The translations under genes and the position numbers were made by a program. A DNA stretch of 63,985 nt, the filler included, from Reclinomonas americana ATCC 50394 (taxonomy: Eukaryota): assembly GCA_048213135.1 (NCBI GenBank). It is 7 parts of 4 records of this genome, joined end to end, with 100 filler letters (N's around TTAATTAATTAA, not from the genome) between each part and the next. Parts side by side here need not be neighbours in the genome. Positions count along the whole stretch, not along the records: positions 1 to 16,245 come from PS015437.1; 6 more parts are not named here. One strand, 5' to 3'. Of the stretch, positions 1 to 11,503 are shown in pieces. The stretch's first letter is position 1. The number at the start of each line of letters is the position of its first letter. The notes below the pieces were generated by a model. That model saw only the letters and a list, made by a program, of their open reading frames with translations. It had not been told where the DNA came from and ran no database searches.

Positions 1-7
1 CTCTCAA

Positions 8-2514
8 ATGTCGCGTCGCAGCAGCCTTCCCGGTGGCGGTGGTGCGCCTCCTCCGTCACTTGGAGGCAACAGCAGCGTGACTGGACCGCGTCGTCCTCCA
101 GGAGCAAGTGAGTGATCGCCGCCTCACTTCGTCGCTGTGCTGTGTGTCTCAGACGCGTGCCGTTGTCCCAACTGCTCTCTCTCTCTCTCTCTCGCTGTGC
201 AAAAGGTCGTCCGCCCTCTGCGTCTGTGGGGGTTGGCGGTGGCGGTGGTGGCGGTGCTGGAGTACCGCCGCCAGTGGCCATCCGTCGCGGCCCTGGTGGA
301 GGAGTGATGGCAGGACCGTTCTCGGCCAAGCAGAAGCACCCGGCCGAGGAGAACATTGAGCAGGAGTACATTCACAACCTGCAGCAGCAGATCTACTTTT
401 ACGAGCTGGAGCTGCAGTTCTTGTTGCGTACGCCCTGCTCTCGTTGAAAGATCGCAGCGATCGGCGCTCACACGGTGATCGATCGGTGCAGGCGAGAAAA
501 GGGTCGCAGTCGAGGTGCGCCGCTCAAGTCACGAGGCACAGAGACTCGCGATGAGGTGGAACTGCGCGAGGCGGCGCCGCTGGAGGATGCGATGTACTCG
601 CTGAAGCAAAAGTACGTGGTGCAAGCGGAGGAGCATCGTCGCACCGTGGAGCAGCTGCGCAGGGAGAAGGAGGAGAGTGAGCGACACTCGGCGGCGATGA
701 CACAGGCGGTGCAGACGTTGGAGCGTCAAAAGACCACCATGGAGACGCAGCTGGGCACCGTGCGCGACACGCAGAACCTGCTGAAGGAGAACATGACGCA
801 TGAGGTGGGTGTGGCGTGACAGCAGTCCACGTGTTGACGAGGGCGATCGATACTCATTGAGTGGGCTGGGTGGGCTGGCGGTGTGTAGATTGTACAGTTG
901 CAGAAGATCATCGAGGCGCGCGATGAACAGATCCGAGCGTTGCAGACGCACATGGATCGGCTGAATGCGGAGAAGCAGGAGAACCTGACGGAGAGGGCGC
1001 AGGCGCAGGCGGAGAGGGAGGCACAGGCCGCAAGAGTTGCGCACGAGGCGAATGGTGACGGGGTGGTGCGTACTGCTCACTCTCTCGCTGTTGTGATGCA
1101 CAGTTGATGGAGACGAGTCGGGCACTGGAGGAGGCGCAACGACGAATCGCCGATTTCGAACGCGAGCAGACGTCGACACGTGCAACATTGGAGCGACTGC
1201 AGCGCAGCACACAGGCGACGCCCACGGNNNNNNNNNNNNNNNNNNNNCGGATTCGTGATCGAAGCGGCCAATTCAATCAGCTCGCGCAATACTCTGTCCC
1301 TCTCTGTCCCAGTCAATCAATCGCGCAAACAATGCTCCCGTCAGTCTCTCCGTCGCGGTCGTCTGCGGCGGCGACGGCGGCGGCGACAGGCAAAATGAGT
1401 CCACACAGTGCGCCTCCACATCAGCATGCGCGCGGTGGAAGTCCAACAGCTGCAAGGAGTGTGAGGTGAGTGCGCTGTCACCCTAATGTGTACCTCGATA
1501 TCACGCGACTGGCTTTTCACGCGCTTGCATGCACGCGCACACGCAGTCCGTCTGTCATACCGCGGCACAGCATTGCCACACGCGTGGCGCTGGGCGGTGG
1601 TGGTGGTGGTGGTGATGTGAGTCAGCGAGCGAACGAGCGGGGAGAGCGGGGGAATGCACCCATCGTCAGTTGTTGTTTGTCTCATCACCGGCACACGCAC
1701 ACAGTCGCCTGATCACGGCTCGCCAACACGAGGCATGATGCACGCGCTGCCGCAGCGAGTGACTGTCGAGGATGTGCAAGCGGAGGTACGGGGCCTCGCG
1801 TGTCTTGCCCTCTCCTGCGTCTCATCGCCTCATATCGGTGCATGCATGCATCACACACAGAGACACCGTTTGCGTCAGTATCTTGATGGCCCGGCGCTGT
1901 TGTCGCGACCGCGTGCGGGGTCGGTGCCAGAGACAACGACAACAGTGCAGTTGCCGCATGTGTTGCAGAGCTTGAATGTGGTGCCGCCGGCGAACGAGCG
2001 ACGGTCGGTGTCGCAGTCACCGGTTGCGGCGCGCAGTGCACTGAGGGCCATGGCTCCCGCACCGCTGGTGACAGCCTCGGGGCAGCTGCCGCCAATCAAC
2101 ACGGACGAGCCGGTGTCGCCGACCAGAGCGGTGGCGGCCATGATTGCCGCGCCACCGCCGCTGTCGCCGGCCATGCTGTCGCCGAGTCTGTCGCCGTCGT
2201 CGGCGGCCGCCGCGGCACGCATGGAGGCTTTTCGGCAGCAAAAGGTGGCGGTGGCACAGGAGCTGCGCAGTGTCGGCGGTGGCGGCGGTTTGTCGCCGGT
2301 GCGGAGGAGTCGCGAGGTGCTCGGGCGGGGTCGGCTCAGTGTGGAGCCGGCGTCGCCGAGTGGCGGCAGCGGCGGCAGTGGTCACCCGGACTCGCCGTCA
2401 CACAGCAAGACCGTGTACCCGGCATCGGCACCCGCCGCTCCGCCGCTCTCCGTCGACGGCTTCTCTGCGCAGCGCTTTGAGCGGATGCATGATCATGACG
2501 ACGATCGCGAGTGA
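8..2514 (+). CDS. Multi-exon coiled-coil protein with Pro/Ser-rich C-terminus, function unknown
   Basis: ATG at 8. GT-AG introns 108-205, 423-491, 805-888 and 1036-1103 join in frame: ...EQEYIHNLQQQIYFYELELQFL|REKG...NMTHE|IVQLQKII...AQAAR|LMETSRALEE. Heptad-rich. TGA at 2512-2514. A 20-N gap at 1228-1247 leaves the middle uncertain. Confidence 0.6.
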
Positions 2515-2642
2515 TATTTTTTGGGGATTGTGCGACATGTTGCTGCAATGCGCACTGTCGCCGTGTACGTTGTATAACAATCATGTGGTGGTGAGGAAAA
2601 TGATAATGCGTTCAAGATAAATGTAAAAAAAAGAAAAAAATG

Positions 2643-2649
2643 AAAAAAA
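2643..2649 (-). terminator. RNA polymerase III oligo-T terminator of the tRNA gene
   Basis: Run of 7 T on the minus strand about 15 nt downstream of the tRNA 3' end, with more T runs beyond. Confidence 0.7.
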
Positions 2650-2663
2650 TGGATTTGCAAAGA

Positions 2664-2735
2664 AGCCGACTGTGGGGGTCGAACCCACGACCTTCTCCTT
2701 AGGAGGGAGACTCGCTACCACTGCGACAAGCCGGC
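2664..2735 (-). tRNA. tRNA-Arg(CCT), intronless
   Basis: Reverse complement folds as GCCGGCT TG TCGC AGTGGTA GCGA G TCTCC CT-CCT-AA GGAGA AGGTC GTGGG TTCGACC CCCAC AGTCGGC T. All four stems pair; anticodon CCT. Confidence 0.95.
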
Positions 2736-2851
2736 ATCATTCTATCCCGTTGAATCTAGACCCGCATATGGTGAAACGAAGCACGCCCAAGAAGATATGT
2801 GAGTCACACAACAAACACACACACTCTACACTACACAGCCTCAGTGCGCGC

Positions 2852-3130
2852 ATGTGGCGACACCTGCAGCGGTGCGTGCATTCTGCGCACTCACTCTGCA
2901 CATCCTCACGCATACACTCACTCTTCATGCACAGGTGGCGGCGATTGTTTTCGCAGGATGCCGCGGCGACAGTGTCGGCCTTTCGTGATCGCATCTGCTT
3001 GCCCAGCACGGCCTTCCCGATGCGTGCCGATGCTGCGCAGCGAGAGGCTGCGCTAGCCAAGCGGTGTACGGAGGCACTTTACCGTAGACAGGTGGGCGAT
3101 GAAGAGAAGGGAGGAAGGGAGGGAGAGAAA

Positions 3131-3161
<31 letters not shown>

Positions 3162-6100
3162 AGGAGAGGAGAGGAGAGAGAGAGGATNNNNNNNNNNNNN
3201 NNNNNNNNNNNNNNNNNNNNNNNNNNNNNNNNNNNNNNNNNNNNNNNNNNNNNNNNNNNNNNNNNNNNNNNNNNNNNNNNNNNNNNNNNNNNNNNNNNNN
3301 NNNNNNNNNNNNNNNNNNNNNNNNNNNNNNNNNNNNNNNNNNNNNNNNNNNNNNNNNNNNNNNNNNNNNNNNNNNNNNNNNNNNNNNNNNNNNNNNNNNN
3401 NNNNNNNNNNNNNNNNNNNNNNNNNNNNNNNNNNNNNNNNNNNNNNNNNNNNNNNNNNNNNNNNNNNNNNNNNNNNNNNNNNNNNNNNNNNNNNNNNNNN
3501 NNNNNNNNNNNNNNNNNNNNNNNNNNNNNNNNNNNNNNNNNNNNNNNNNNNNNNNNNNNNNNNNNNNNNNNNNNNNNNNNNNNNNNNNNNNNNNNNNNNN
3601 NNNNNNNNNNNNNNNNNNNNNNNNNNNNNNNNNNNNNNNNNNNNNNNNNNNNNNNNNNNNNNNNNNNNNNNNNNNNNNNNNNNNNNNNNNNNNNNNNNNN
3701 NNNNNNNNNNNNNNNNNNNNNNNNNNNNNNNNNNNNNNNNNNNNNNNNNNNNNNNNNNNNNNNNNNNNNNNNNNNNNNNNNNNNNNNNNNNNNNNNNNNN
3801 NNNNNNNNNNNNNNNNNNNNNNNNNNNNNNNNNNNNNNNNNNNNNNNNNNNNNNNNNNNNNNNNNNNNNNNNNNNNNNNNNNNNNNNNNNNNNNNNNNNN
3901 NNNNNNNNNNNNNNNNNNNNNNNNNNNNNNNNNNNNNNNNNNNNNNNNNNNNNNNNNNNNNNNNNNNNNNNNNNNNNNNNNNNNNNNNNNNNNNNNNNNN
4001 NNNNNNNNNNNNNNNNNNNNNNNNNNNNNNNNNNNNNNNNNNNNNNNNNNNNNNNNNNNNNNNNNNNNNNNNNNNNNNNNNNNNTGCTTCCCCTCCTGAG
4101 AGAGAGAGAGGCAGAGAAGCAACAACAACAAGAAGCTGCAGTCTTGCATCCGTTGCATTTCTCATTCCACTCTCTTCTTCCCTTCCCCTCTCTGCAGTCA
4201 CTGGAGACCTCCCGGCCCCTGTTCGTGCTCCACGATGGCCCACCATACGCCAATGGAAAGCTGCACACGGGGCATGCTGTGAACAAAATCCTGAAGGATA
4301 TCGTCGTGCGACATCGCCTCATGCGCGGCGATCGAGTGAGGTGTGAGGAGAGTGCTGCAAAGAGTGGCAGGCATGCAGCTGACTGAAGTGTCTTCTCATG
4401 CGACAGCTGGGTGTGCGGGTGGGACTGCCACGGCCTGCCCATCGAACTCAAGGCCATCAACGAGCGCAGCAGTCGGCAAATGAGCCCACTGGAGATTCGC
4501 TCCAGTGCGCGGGCGTTTGCGGGGGAGGCCATCAAGGATCAGGCGGCGGCATTTGCCGCGTGGGGCCTCCTCACCGACTGGAACGACGTGTACTTGACCA
4601 TGGATCCGGCGTATGAGGCCATGCAGCTGGATGTGTTTTGGCAAATGTTCAAGACCGGCTACTTGCATCGCGGGGTGCGGCCGGTCTATTGGAGTCCGAG
4701 TTCGCGCACGGCTCTGGCCGAGGCGGTGAGTCTCGAGGAATATAGAGAGTGTGTGTGTGTGGTCTTTCCCACTCACTTGTCGGCGTCGACACAGGAACTC
4801 GAGTACACGGATCAGCACGTGTCGACGTCGGCATATGTGTCGACACCAGTGGTGCGTGCGGACGGCGAGGCTGCTGCTGGTAGGTCAAGTGTCGGTGTAC
4901 ACATTCAATGCCATCCATCAACTGCATTCTTCCCCCGGCGCAGCTCTTCTCTCCCGCTTCCCGGGCCTGCAGATGGCTGTGTGGACCACCACACCGTGGA
5001 CCCTGCCGTCGAATCAGGTTTGCCGAGTGTCGCGCCACTGCTTCACCCACTTCCATTTCGGTTGATGACTGGTGCTTCTGCAGGCCATGTGTGTGCATCC
5101 GGAGCACGAATACTGCGTGGTGACAACTCCATCGTCGAATGTGCCACTGTTGTTGGGGGTCGAGCTGGTGGATCACGTCGCCAAGAGCGTGTTTGGTGGT
5201 GCCCCACTGCAAGTGGTCAGCGAGCCCATTTCCGGCACGCATCTGGCGAACCACATGTGGTGTGCGCACCCGTATTTCAGCACCACTGAAGTTACATGCT
5301 CATACACACGCAGGGGGTGTTTCAATTTCCCCTCCGTCTCACTCACGTACAAATTAGGTGCCGGTCTTGTCGGGGACGCACGTTACGAGTGACAGCGGCA
5401 CGGGCATTGTGCACACGGCGCCGGCGCACGGTCACGACGATTATGAAGTATGCAAGCAGTACGGAATTGAGCCGACGATGCGAGGTGTGGAGTTGAACGT
5501 GTCCACAATCTTGTGCCCTCATCTCATCCTCTCCGTTGCAGTGGACGATCTCGGTCTCTTCTGTCGTGGTACGGCTCCCGAGCTGGACGGCTTGGCCGTT
5601 CTGAAGGAGGGCAATGCGGCAGTGATTGAGAAGCTCAAGGCCGACGGACGCATTCTTGCCACCATGCCGTACCAGCATCGCTACCCCTACGACTGGCGGA
5701 CAAAGAAGCCCGTCATCATTCGTTCGACTCGTCAGTGGTTTGCACGCCTCTCTGATGGCTCTTCTGCGGGCGGACTGAAGGTGTGGACGGGGAGAGCGTG
5801 TGCGGATGATGTTGCGTTGCGTGCGCTCACGCGCTGCTTGTGTGTGTGTGTGCAGGATGCGGCCTCTCGTGTCGTGGAAGATGTGCAGTTTGTACCGCCG
5901 TCGTCTCGTGCACGTCTCGCTGGCATGCTTGGATCACGCTCTGAGTGGTGCATCTCACGTCAACGAGTGTGGGGTCTCCCCATTCCCGCATTTTACCACA
6001 AGGACACTGGTTTGTGCAGAAGCTGACGATGCGATTCCCCGACGCACACTCACTCTCAAATGCACTCTTTGCAGATGAGGTTCTGCTCGACGAATCAACC

Positions 6101-6242
6101 ATTCGTCACCTGCAGTCCCTTGTTCGCAACCACCCACGCGGATCCGACTGCTGGTGGGAGTTGTCCACTGCCGAGTTGCTTCCGGCCGAGCACAGACATC
6201 GAGGTCCGTGTGCGCCTCTCATACATGAGTGCTGACACTGAC

Positions 6243-6287
<45 letters not shown>

Positions 6288-8065
6288 CGCAGCTGCCGAG
6301 TTTGAAAAAGGCAAAGACACACTCGATGTGTGGTTCGACTCTGGCACCTCGTGGGCCGGCGTTCTGCGCCAGCGCAACATTTTCCCGGCCGATGTGTACC
6401 TGGAGGGCAGCGATCAGCATCGCGGCTGGTTCCAGTCATCGTTGCTTACGTCGGGTGCGTTCCAGCAAGATCACGAAAAACCACGCAGATGGTGGTTGAC
6501 TCACTTTTTCTTCCCATGTCGCATGTCAGTGGCGTGCTCCGGTCAAGCTCCGTATCGTCGCCTGGTGACGCACGGTTTTGTGGTGGACTCGGAGGGGCGA
6601 AAGATGAGCAAGAGCATCGGCAACATTGTGGAGCCGCACGTTATTGTGCAAAAGTATTCGGCCGATGTGCTGCGCGGTTGGGTGGCATCGTCGGATTACA
6701 CGGCTGATGTGCCACTCGGCGAGCAGCTGCTCAGTTGCGTTCCCCATGATGTGCATTCTTTTGCTGCTGCTACCACAATACTCACGGCATCGTCTCGCAG
6801 AGCATGTGGCAGAGGGTGTGCGTAAAGTACGCAACACGTGCCGTTTCCTGCTCGGCAATCTGCACGACTTTGTGCCCCTGGCAGTCGAGGAGCCCATCAC
6901 TCATCCACACGATCGCTACATGTTGCACCTGCTGGGTGACTTTGCGCGGCACGTGCAAACCGAGTACGACGAGTATGCCTTTTCACGAGGTTTTGTACTC
7001 TGCAGTTGCCCAGCCTCACGTTGCACGTCGTCGTCGTCACTCATGAGGTGCGCGCAACAGTGTGGACGCGAGTCTCCATTTTTTCGGCGTCGACTCTCTC
7101 CGCATTCTACCTCGACCTGATCAAAGACCGCCTGTACGCCGACGCGCCACAAAGTCACTCGCGACGGAGCGCGCAGCGCGTGTGTGCCAAAGTTACGTGT
7201 TTGTCATATCGGTGTCATCACTGATGCCGTGGACCTCACCGCGGTGACCGACAGATTCTCGAGTACCTCACCAAGTCTGTAGCCCCACTGCTGCCGCACT
7301 TGGCCGAGGACGTGTACCAGCACTTGCCAGCCGGGGCACAGTGGTCAAAGAAGAGTGTCGAGTCCGTCTTCGAAACAGGCTGGATTGATGCGGTTTGTAA
7401 TTCCTGCAGTGGTCCTCTTGCCTTTGCCGTCTCGCTCACCCGCGACGCAGCCATCCGAGTGGACACTGGACGCCGACATGCTTGCCAAGTGGACCGCGGC
7501 ACTGCGACTGCGCGACGCCTTTTACACTGTCGTCGATGTGGCGCGCAAGAAGAAGTTGCGCTGTGTGCGATTTGTGAGTGCATCACTTTTTCGTGAGTCT
7601 TACTTTTGCATGCACAGATTCGTGGGCAACTCACTCGAGTGCATCATGGTGATTGCGGCATCGGATGCAGCCATTCTCGCCGAACTGAAGCTACTCGCCT
7701 CTGAGGTGAATCTGGCCGATGCCGCACTTGTCTCGTCGGTGGAGTTTGCGACAGAGCCGGCACTGACTGGCGAGTATGTGGCATCGATTCCGTGGGCGGC
7801 CGACGCGACTGGTTCGTTTCCATTTGTGTTGTCGTGATTGCGACGGTTGCCGATGTTCACGAGTGCACTCGCAGTGTCGGTTGCTCTCACTCGCTCGACA
7901 AAGCACAAGTGCCCGCGCTGCTGGAAGCATGTGGCAGTCAAGGGTGTGGCATATACAGTTCTCGCCGCAGGTCACTCTCTCCAGTCCACTCATTCTCCTT
8001 TCTATTTCACAGAGAACGAGCTGTGCGGACGCTGTGATGATGTGATGCGCTCGTGGAACCAGTGA
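2852..8065 (+). CDS. IARS2: Isoleucyl-tRNA synthetase, mitochondrial/bacterial type (about 20 exons)
   Basis: Spliced product has an Arg-rich presequence (MWRHLQRWRRLFS), [95 protein letters not shown] and a C-terminal Zn finger (KCPRCWK...LCGRC). An N gap at 3188-4084 lies in an intron-like region. Confidence 0.95.
6246..6284. repeat. Intronic (CT)n microsatellite
   Basis: Pure CT dinucleotide run inside an IleRS intron. Similar runs occur at 175-192 and 3130-3157. Confidence 0.95.
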
Positions 8066-8158
8066 GTGGATACGGAGCGCTCCGATCGTGAGGCTTCTTG
8101 TTTTCATTCGTGAATGCACGCAAGCGGTTGTCTGTGTGAATGCATGTGTTGCGTGAAC

Positions 8159-10266
8159 TCACACCATCGGTCGCTCCTTGCGCGGTCGACCACGCGGTTT
8201 CTTTGGTGGGATTGCTGCTGTTGCTGTTGGGATGTTGGGAGTGGCGGTGGCGGCAGCATTCGGTTTCGCTCGTTTCTCGACGGGCTCCAGCAGAGTGCCG
8301 GCCCCATCTGCGATACGTGTCAGTCTTTCGTTGTTGCCAACATTCTGCGTCAACACTCGACTCCACGACACACCGTCGAGGGTACTCTCGGCCGTCTCCG
8401 TTGACAACAGTGGGAGCGCCAGTGCTTGTGTGAATGTGCGCTTGTGGCCTGCGCACAAATAGTGGTTGGGCCTGGGAACTTGCGAATATCGGAAAGCGTT
8501 CGTACCTGCTCCGAGTGACGTGCGACCGGTGCCCCACTGTGGAGCCACTGAACTGGGACCCATGATGACGCGTTGTGGCAGCGCATTGCTGCCGGGCTCG
8601 AGGCCTCCGAATCGCACGATTGGTCCGTTGCGCACCAGGGACGGGATGTGGGCCTGCGCGAAACAGTCAGGTTCTAGGTAACGGCGTGTGACCTTCGCTG
8701 TCGACGCAACTGTTTCCTCTACCACGCGCTGCGCGAATGTGAGAATGTCGGCTACTTGGCGGCGCGATTCAGCAATCGCTGTGCTCGGCAGGGAGCGCCA
8801 CAACGCTGGCAGCGGATATCTGTTGTCGAGCGGTCAGCCGACGGTTATGATTTCAAGACTCACATCCGACGCAACGTGTAGTGCTCATCTGCGCCCGGGA
8901 AGCGCACCTCCGCATATGCTGGCACTTGCTTGGGGAGATGCACTTGATACTGCGCAGGGAACATTGTTTGTAATCAGTCGCCGTATCCTGGACATTTCAA
9001 GGCTCACCTTGCTCTCCCAGTATGTTCGCACATCGTCGACAGCCCACGGCGCACGCGGAGCCTTGCCAATGCCGACAATCCAGCACTGCACATATGCAGA
9101 GAGAGTGGGGGTGATGAGGAAACGCGGCTGTGCATTCGTTGGCAACCTTTTGCGACGATTCACCACACTCATCATCGGCAGAGCGTAACACGCCCGCTCG
9201 ATATCGCCGTTGGTGGCGTAGGGACCGGAGATGCCCGGGTCATCAAAGTACAGCCAGTGGCCCTGGTCGAAGCGCTCGCGAAACGCGCGAGGCAGATTGA
9301 GGCTCTCCACCGTCACGGGCAGGGCGCGCTTGACGGTGGCCTCCAGTGGCCACATGACTTCGGTGCCGCCTGTGAGAACCGGTGGACACTGTGCGGCCGG
9401 TGTGGCTCTTCCATCAGTCTCAAGAGTGTCTTTTGTTGCCGTACACGCTCACCAGTCGAATCACTGGCGACAGAATCGGGGCGGCGCACGATTTCAGTCC
9501 GTCCGGGAGCTGGAAGAACTCGCAACCACCGGCGTCACCGGCCGACATTGGCAACCAGCAGCGACGGCGAAAGCCCTCGGCGACCATCTGGTACATGGCC
9601 TCGGCCAGCATGGCCGGCGGCACTTCGTTCTCCACGCTTCGCGATTCGCCGCCGTCCGCTGTCAGAGGCGCCACCAGTTGCACCAGCTGGTCAATACTGG
9701 TGCCACCGTCCTGGGTGTTTGGTTCGTGAGACAGTCGAGCAAGAAAGTGACGGAGAAGAGAAAGAAAGAGAGAGGTACCTTGTACAGCACGTGCAGCTGG
9801 TTGCTGGCGTCGACCAAATGCAACCAGTGCTCATCGGCGAGAGGCTGCTGTTTCACTTTGACCGACCACTCGTGTCAATCGTTCAACAACACCAACAACG
9901 AATGAAGTATGCAACGACCGAGATACCTCGCTGTTGCAGCGCACACAGAACCTCAGCTGGCGTGCGTGTCACGCAGGGGAGACTGGCGGCATGCGAGGTG
10001 CCACTTGAAGTGCCACCGCCATCAATCGGACCGACCGATTTCAGCGGCACCGAAAACATGCAAAGGTGGCCTCGTGCAGAATCGCCAGCAACACTCGGCG
10101 TATCTGCCAGTGACAGAGGTAATGCGCAGCGCAAGTGTGCCAGACAGACAGTCATCGTGTGTTTGGCAAAAGTGCCTCTGCTCCTCGAGTGGAAACAACA
10201 ACAACGAAGCACGGGACCAAGGACGCAGGACTCTTTCCATGCACACACACGCCACTGTCTCTGCAT
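8159..10266 (-). CDS. DUF4708/C18orf63-like protein with C-terminal AT-hook; start uncertain
   Basis: Spliced core ERACYALPMMSV|CWIVGIGKAP...DDVRTYWESK|YQVHLPKQVPAYAEVRFPG...HYT|YPLPALW matches the recalled C18orf63 pattern CYVLP...HW...YGYxLP...F...TYPL. Ends in KKPRGRPRK. Confidence 0.6.
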
Positions 10267-10390
10267 TACGTGTGTGCACGATAGAAGAGCTAAGGACACC
10301 TACATGAACGTCTAAACCGGAAACAACAAGCCACAGGGAAACGGAGTACTCGACCGTCGAGGGTCGGGAAAATATGAGTGGAAAAAGCGC

Positions 10391-11472
10391 TCACGACTTG
10401 CCGAGGAAGCTGTACGGCGTGAGACCGCGGTTGAACCTCAAGTACGCGAACGCGAGGATGCACGCCACGCCAACGCCAGCCACCACAGCCTCAGTCCGCA
10501 TGCTGTTCATGTCCAAGCCGGGTTTCAGGCAGCTCACGGCCGGATCCGACGGCTGCATGCGAGTCAGACAGCAGACGCCCTCGTTGCTACCTCCCCACAG
10601 AGGATCGACTGCTCACCGAGTAATAGACACGCACGACCTTGCCTTCGGGAAACTCGTCAGCATCCTCCTGCCGGTTGCTCTCGCCCGCACGCACCGCCTC
10701 GCCCACATACACCACACCATCGACAACGTACTCGTACTGCACATTGGCACGGTGCTCACTGTAGAGGCCGGGTTAGTCGACGAGAGGCGACCTGCAGTGG
10801 GCCACACACACACACCACACGCAACATGATTCGTCGGCCGACGGCCTCGTACTTGAAGCTGGCGGTGATGATTCCCGGAGCCGACGGCCACGATGAGGAG
10901 CGCGTCGACTCAAACACGCGATACGCCGGGTACACCAGCAGGCCGAGTCCCGCAATCAGCCAGAAGAGGTTGGTCGACTCCTCCACGCCATAGTCCTGCA
11001 CACCACAAAGAGAGTGAGTGTGAGTGAGTGGGAACGATTGCTGTGAATGCAAGTGTGAGAGCGCACCCAGTCCAGGCGGCGAGCGTTGATGGCCTCCATG
11101 CTCTCAATGTCACCGCGCTTGTGGTGCGGCTTGGCCTCCACAATGCCCTTGTCACTGCATGCATGCATGCATGTGTGTGAGTGCGAGTGCGTGAAATGCG
11201 AGAGCATCTCTCTCTCATTGCTTGCACGCAACTCTTGCGGCTTTCCGCTGGACGCCGGTGGCGATGATGGTGGTGGAGGCTCAGTGGAGAAGGTGCGCAC
11301 AGCAGCAAAGGTGCCGCGCGGAGCGGTCGCGCAGAGACGAGCACCGACTGTGTGCATCATCAGTGAGCGGCCGCACACACACACACACGCTCTATTGTGT
11401 GTTGGCACATGAGAGAGGGACGCAACGCGACAGCAGACTGCCTGCAGAACGCACTCGCAGCGCTCCCAGCAT
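10391..11472 (-). CDS. DUF3592-like two-TM membrane protein with mitochondrial-like presequence (6 exons)
   Basis: MLGALRVRSAGSLLSLGARLCATAPRGTFAAVRTFST, then a TM (LFWLIAGLGLLVYPAY), SSSWPSAPGII, ANVQYEYVVDGVVYVG, FPEGKVVRVYYSPSDPAVSCL and a second TM. TGA at 10391-10393. Confidence 0.7.
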
Positions 11473-11503
11473 GACAACAATGAGAAAAAATATGACGAGG
11501 ATT

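Noticed and set aside
9370..9455. Possible GC-AG intron in the DUF4708-like gene (similar case near 52805)
   Set aside because: A canonical GT donor and an in-frame AG acceptor are available.
10756..10830. Apparent in-frame stops suggesting stop-codon reassignment or frameshifts (also near 8885 and 32800)
   Set aside because: Each is removed by an ordinary GT-AG intron, so the standard code suffices.
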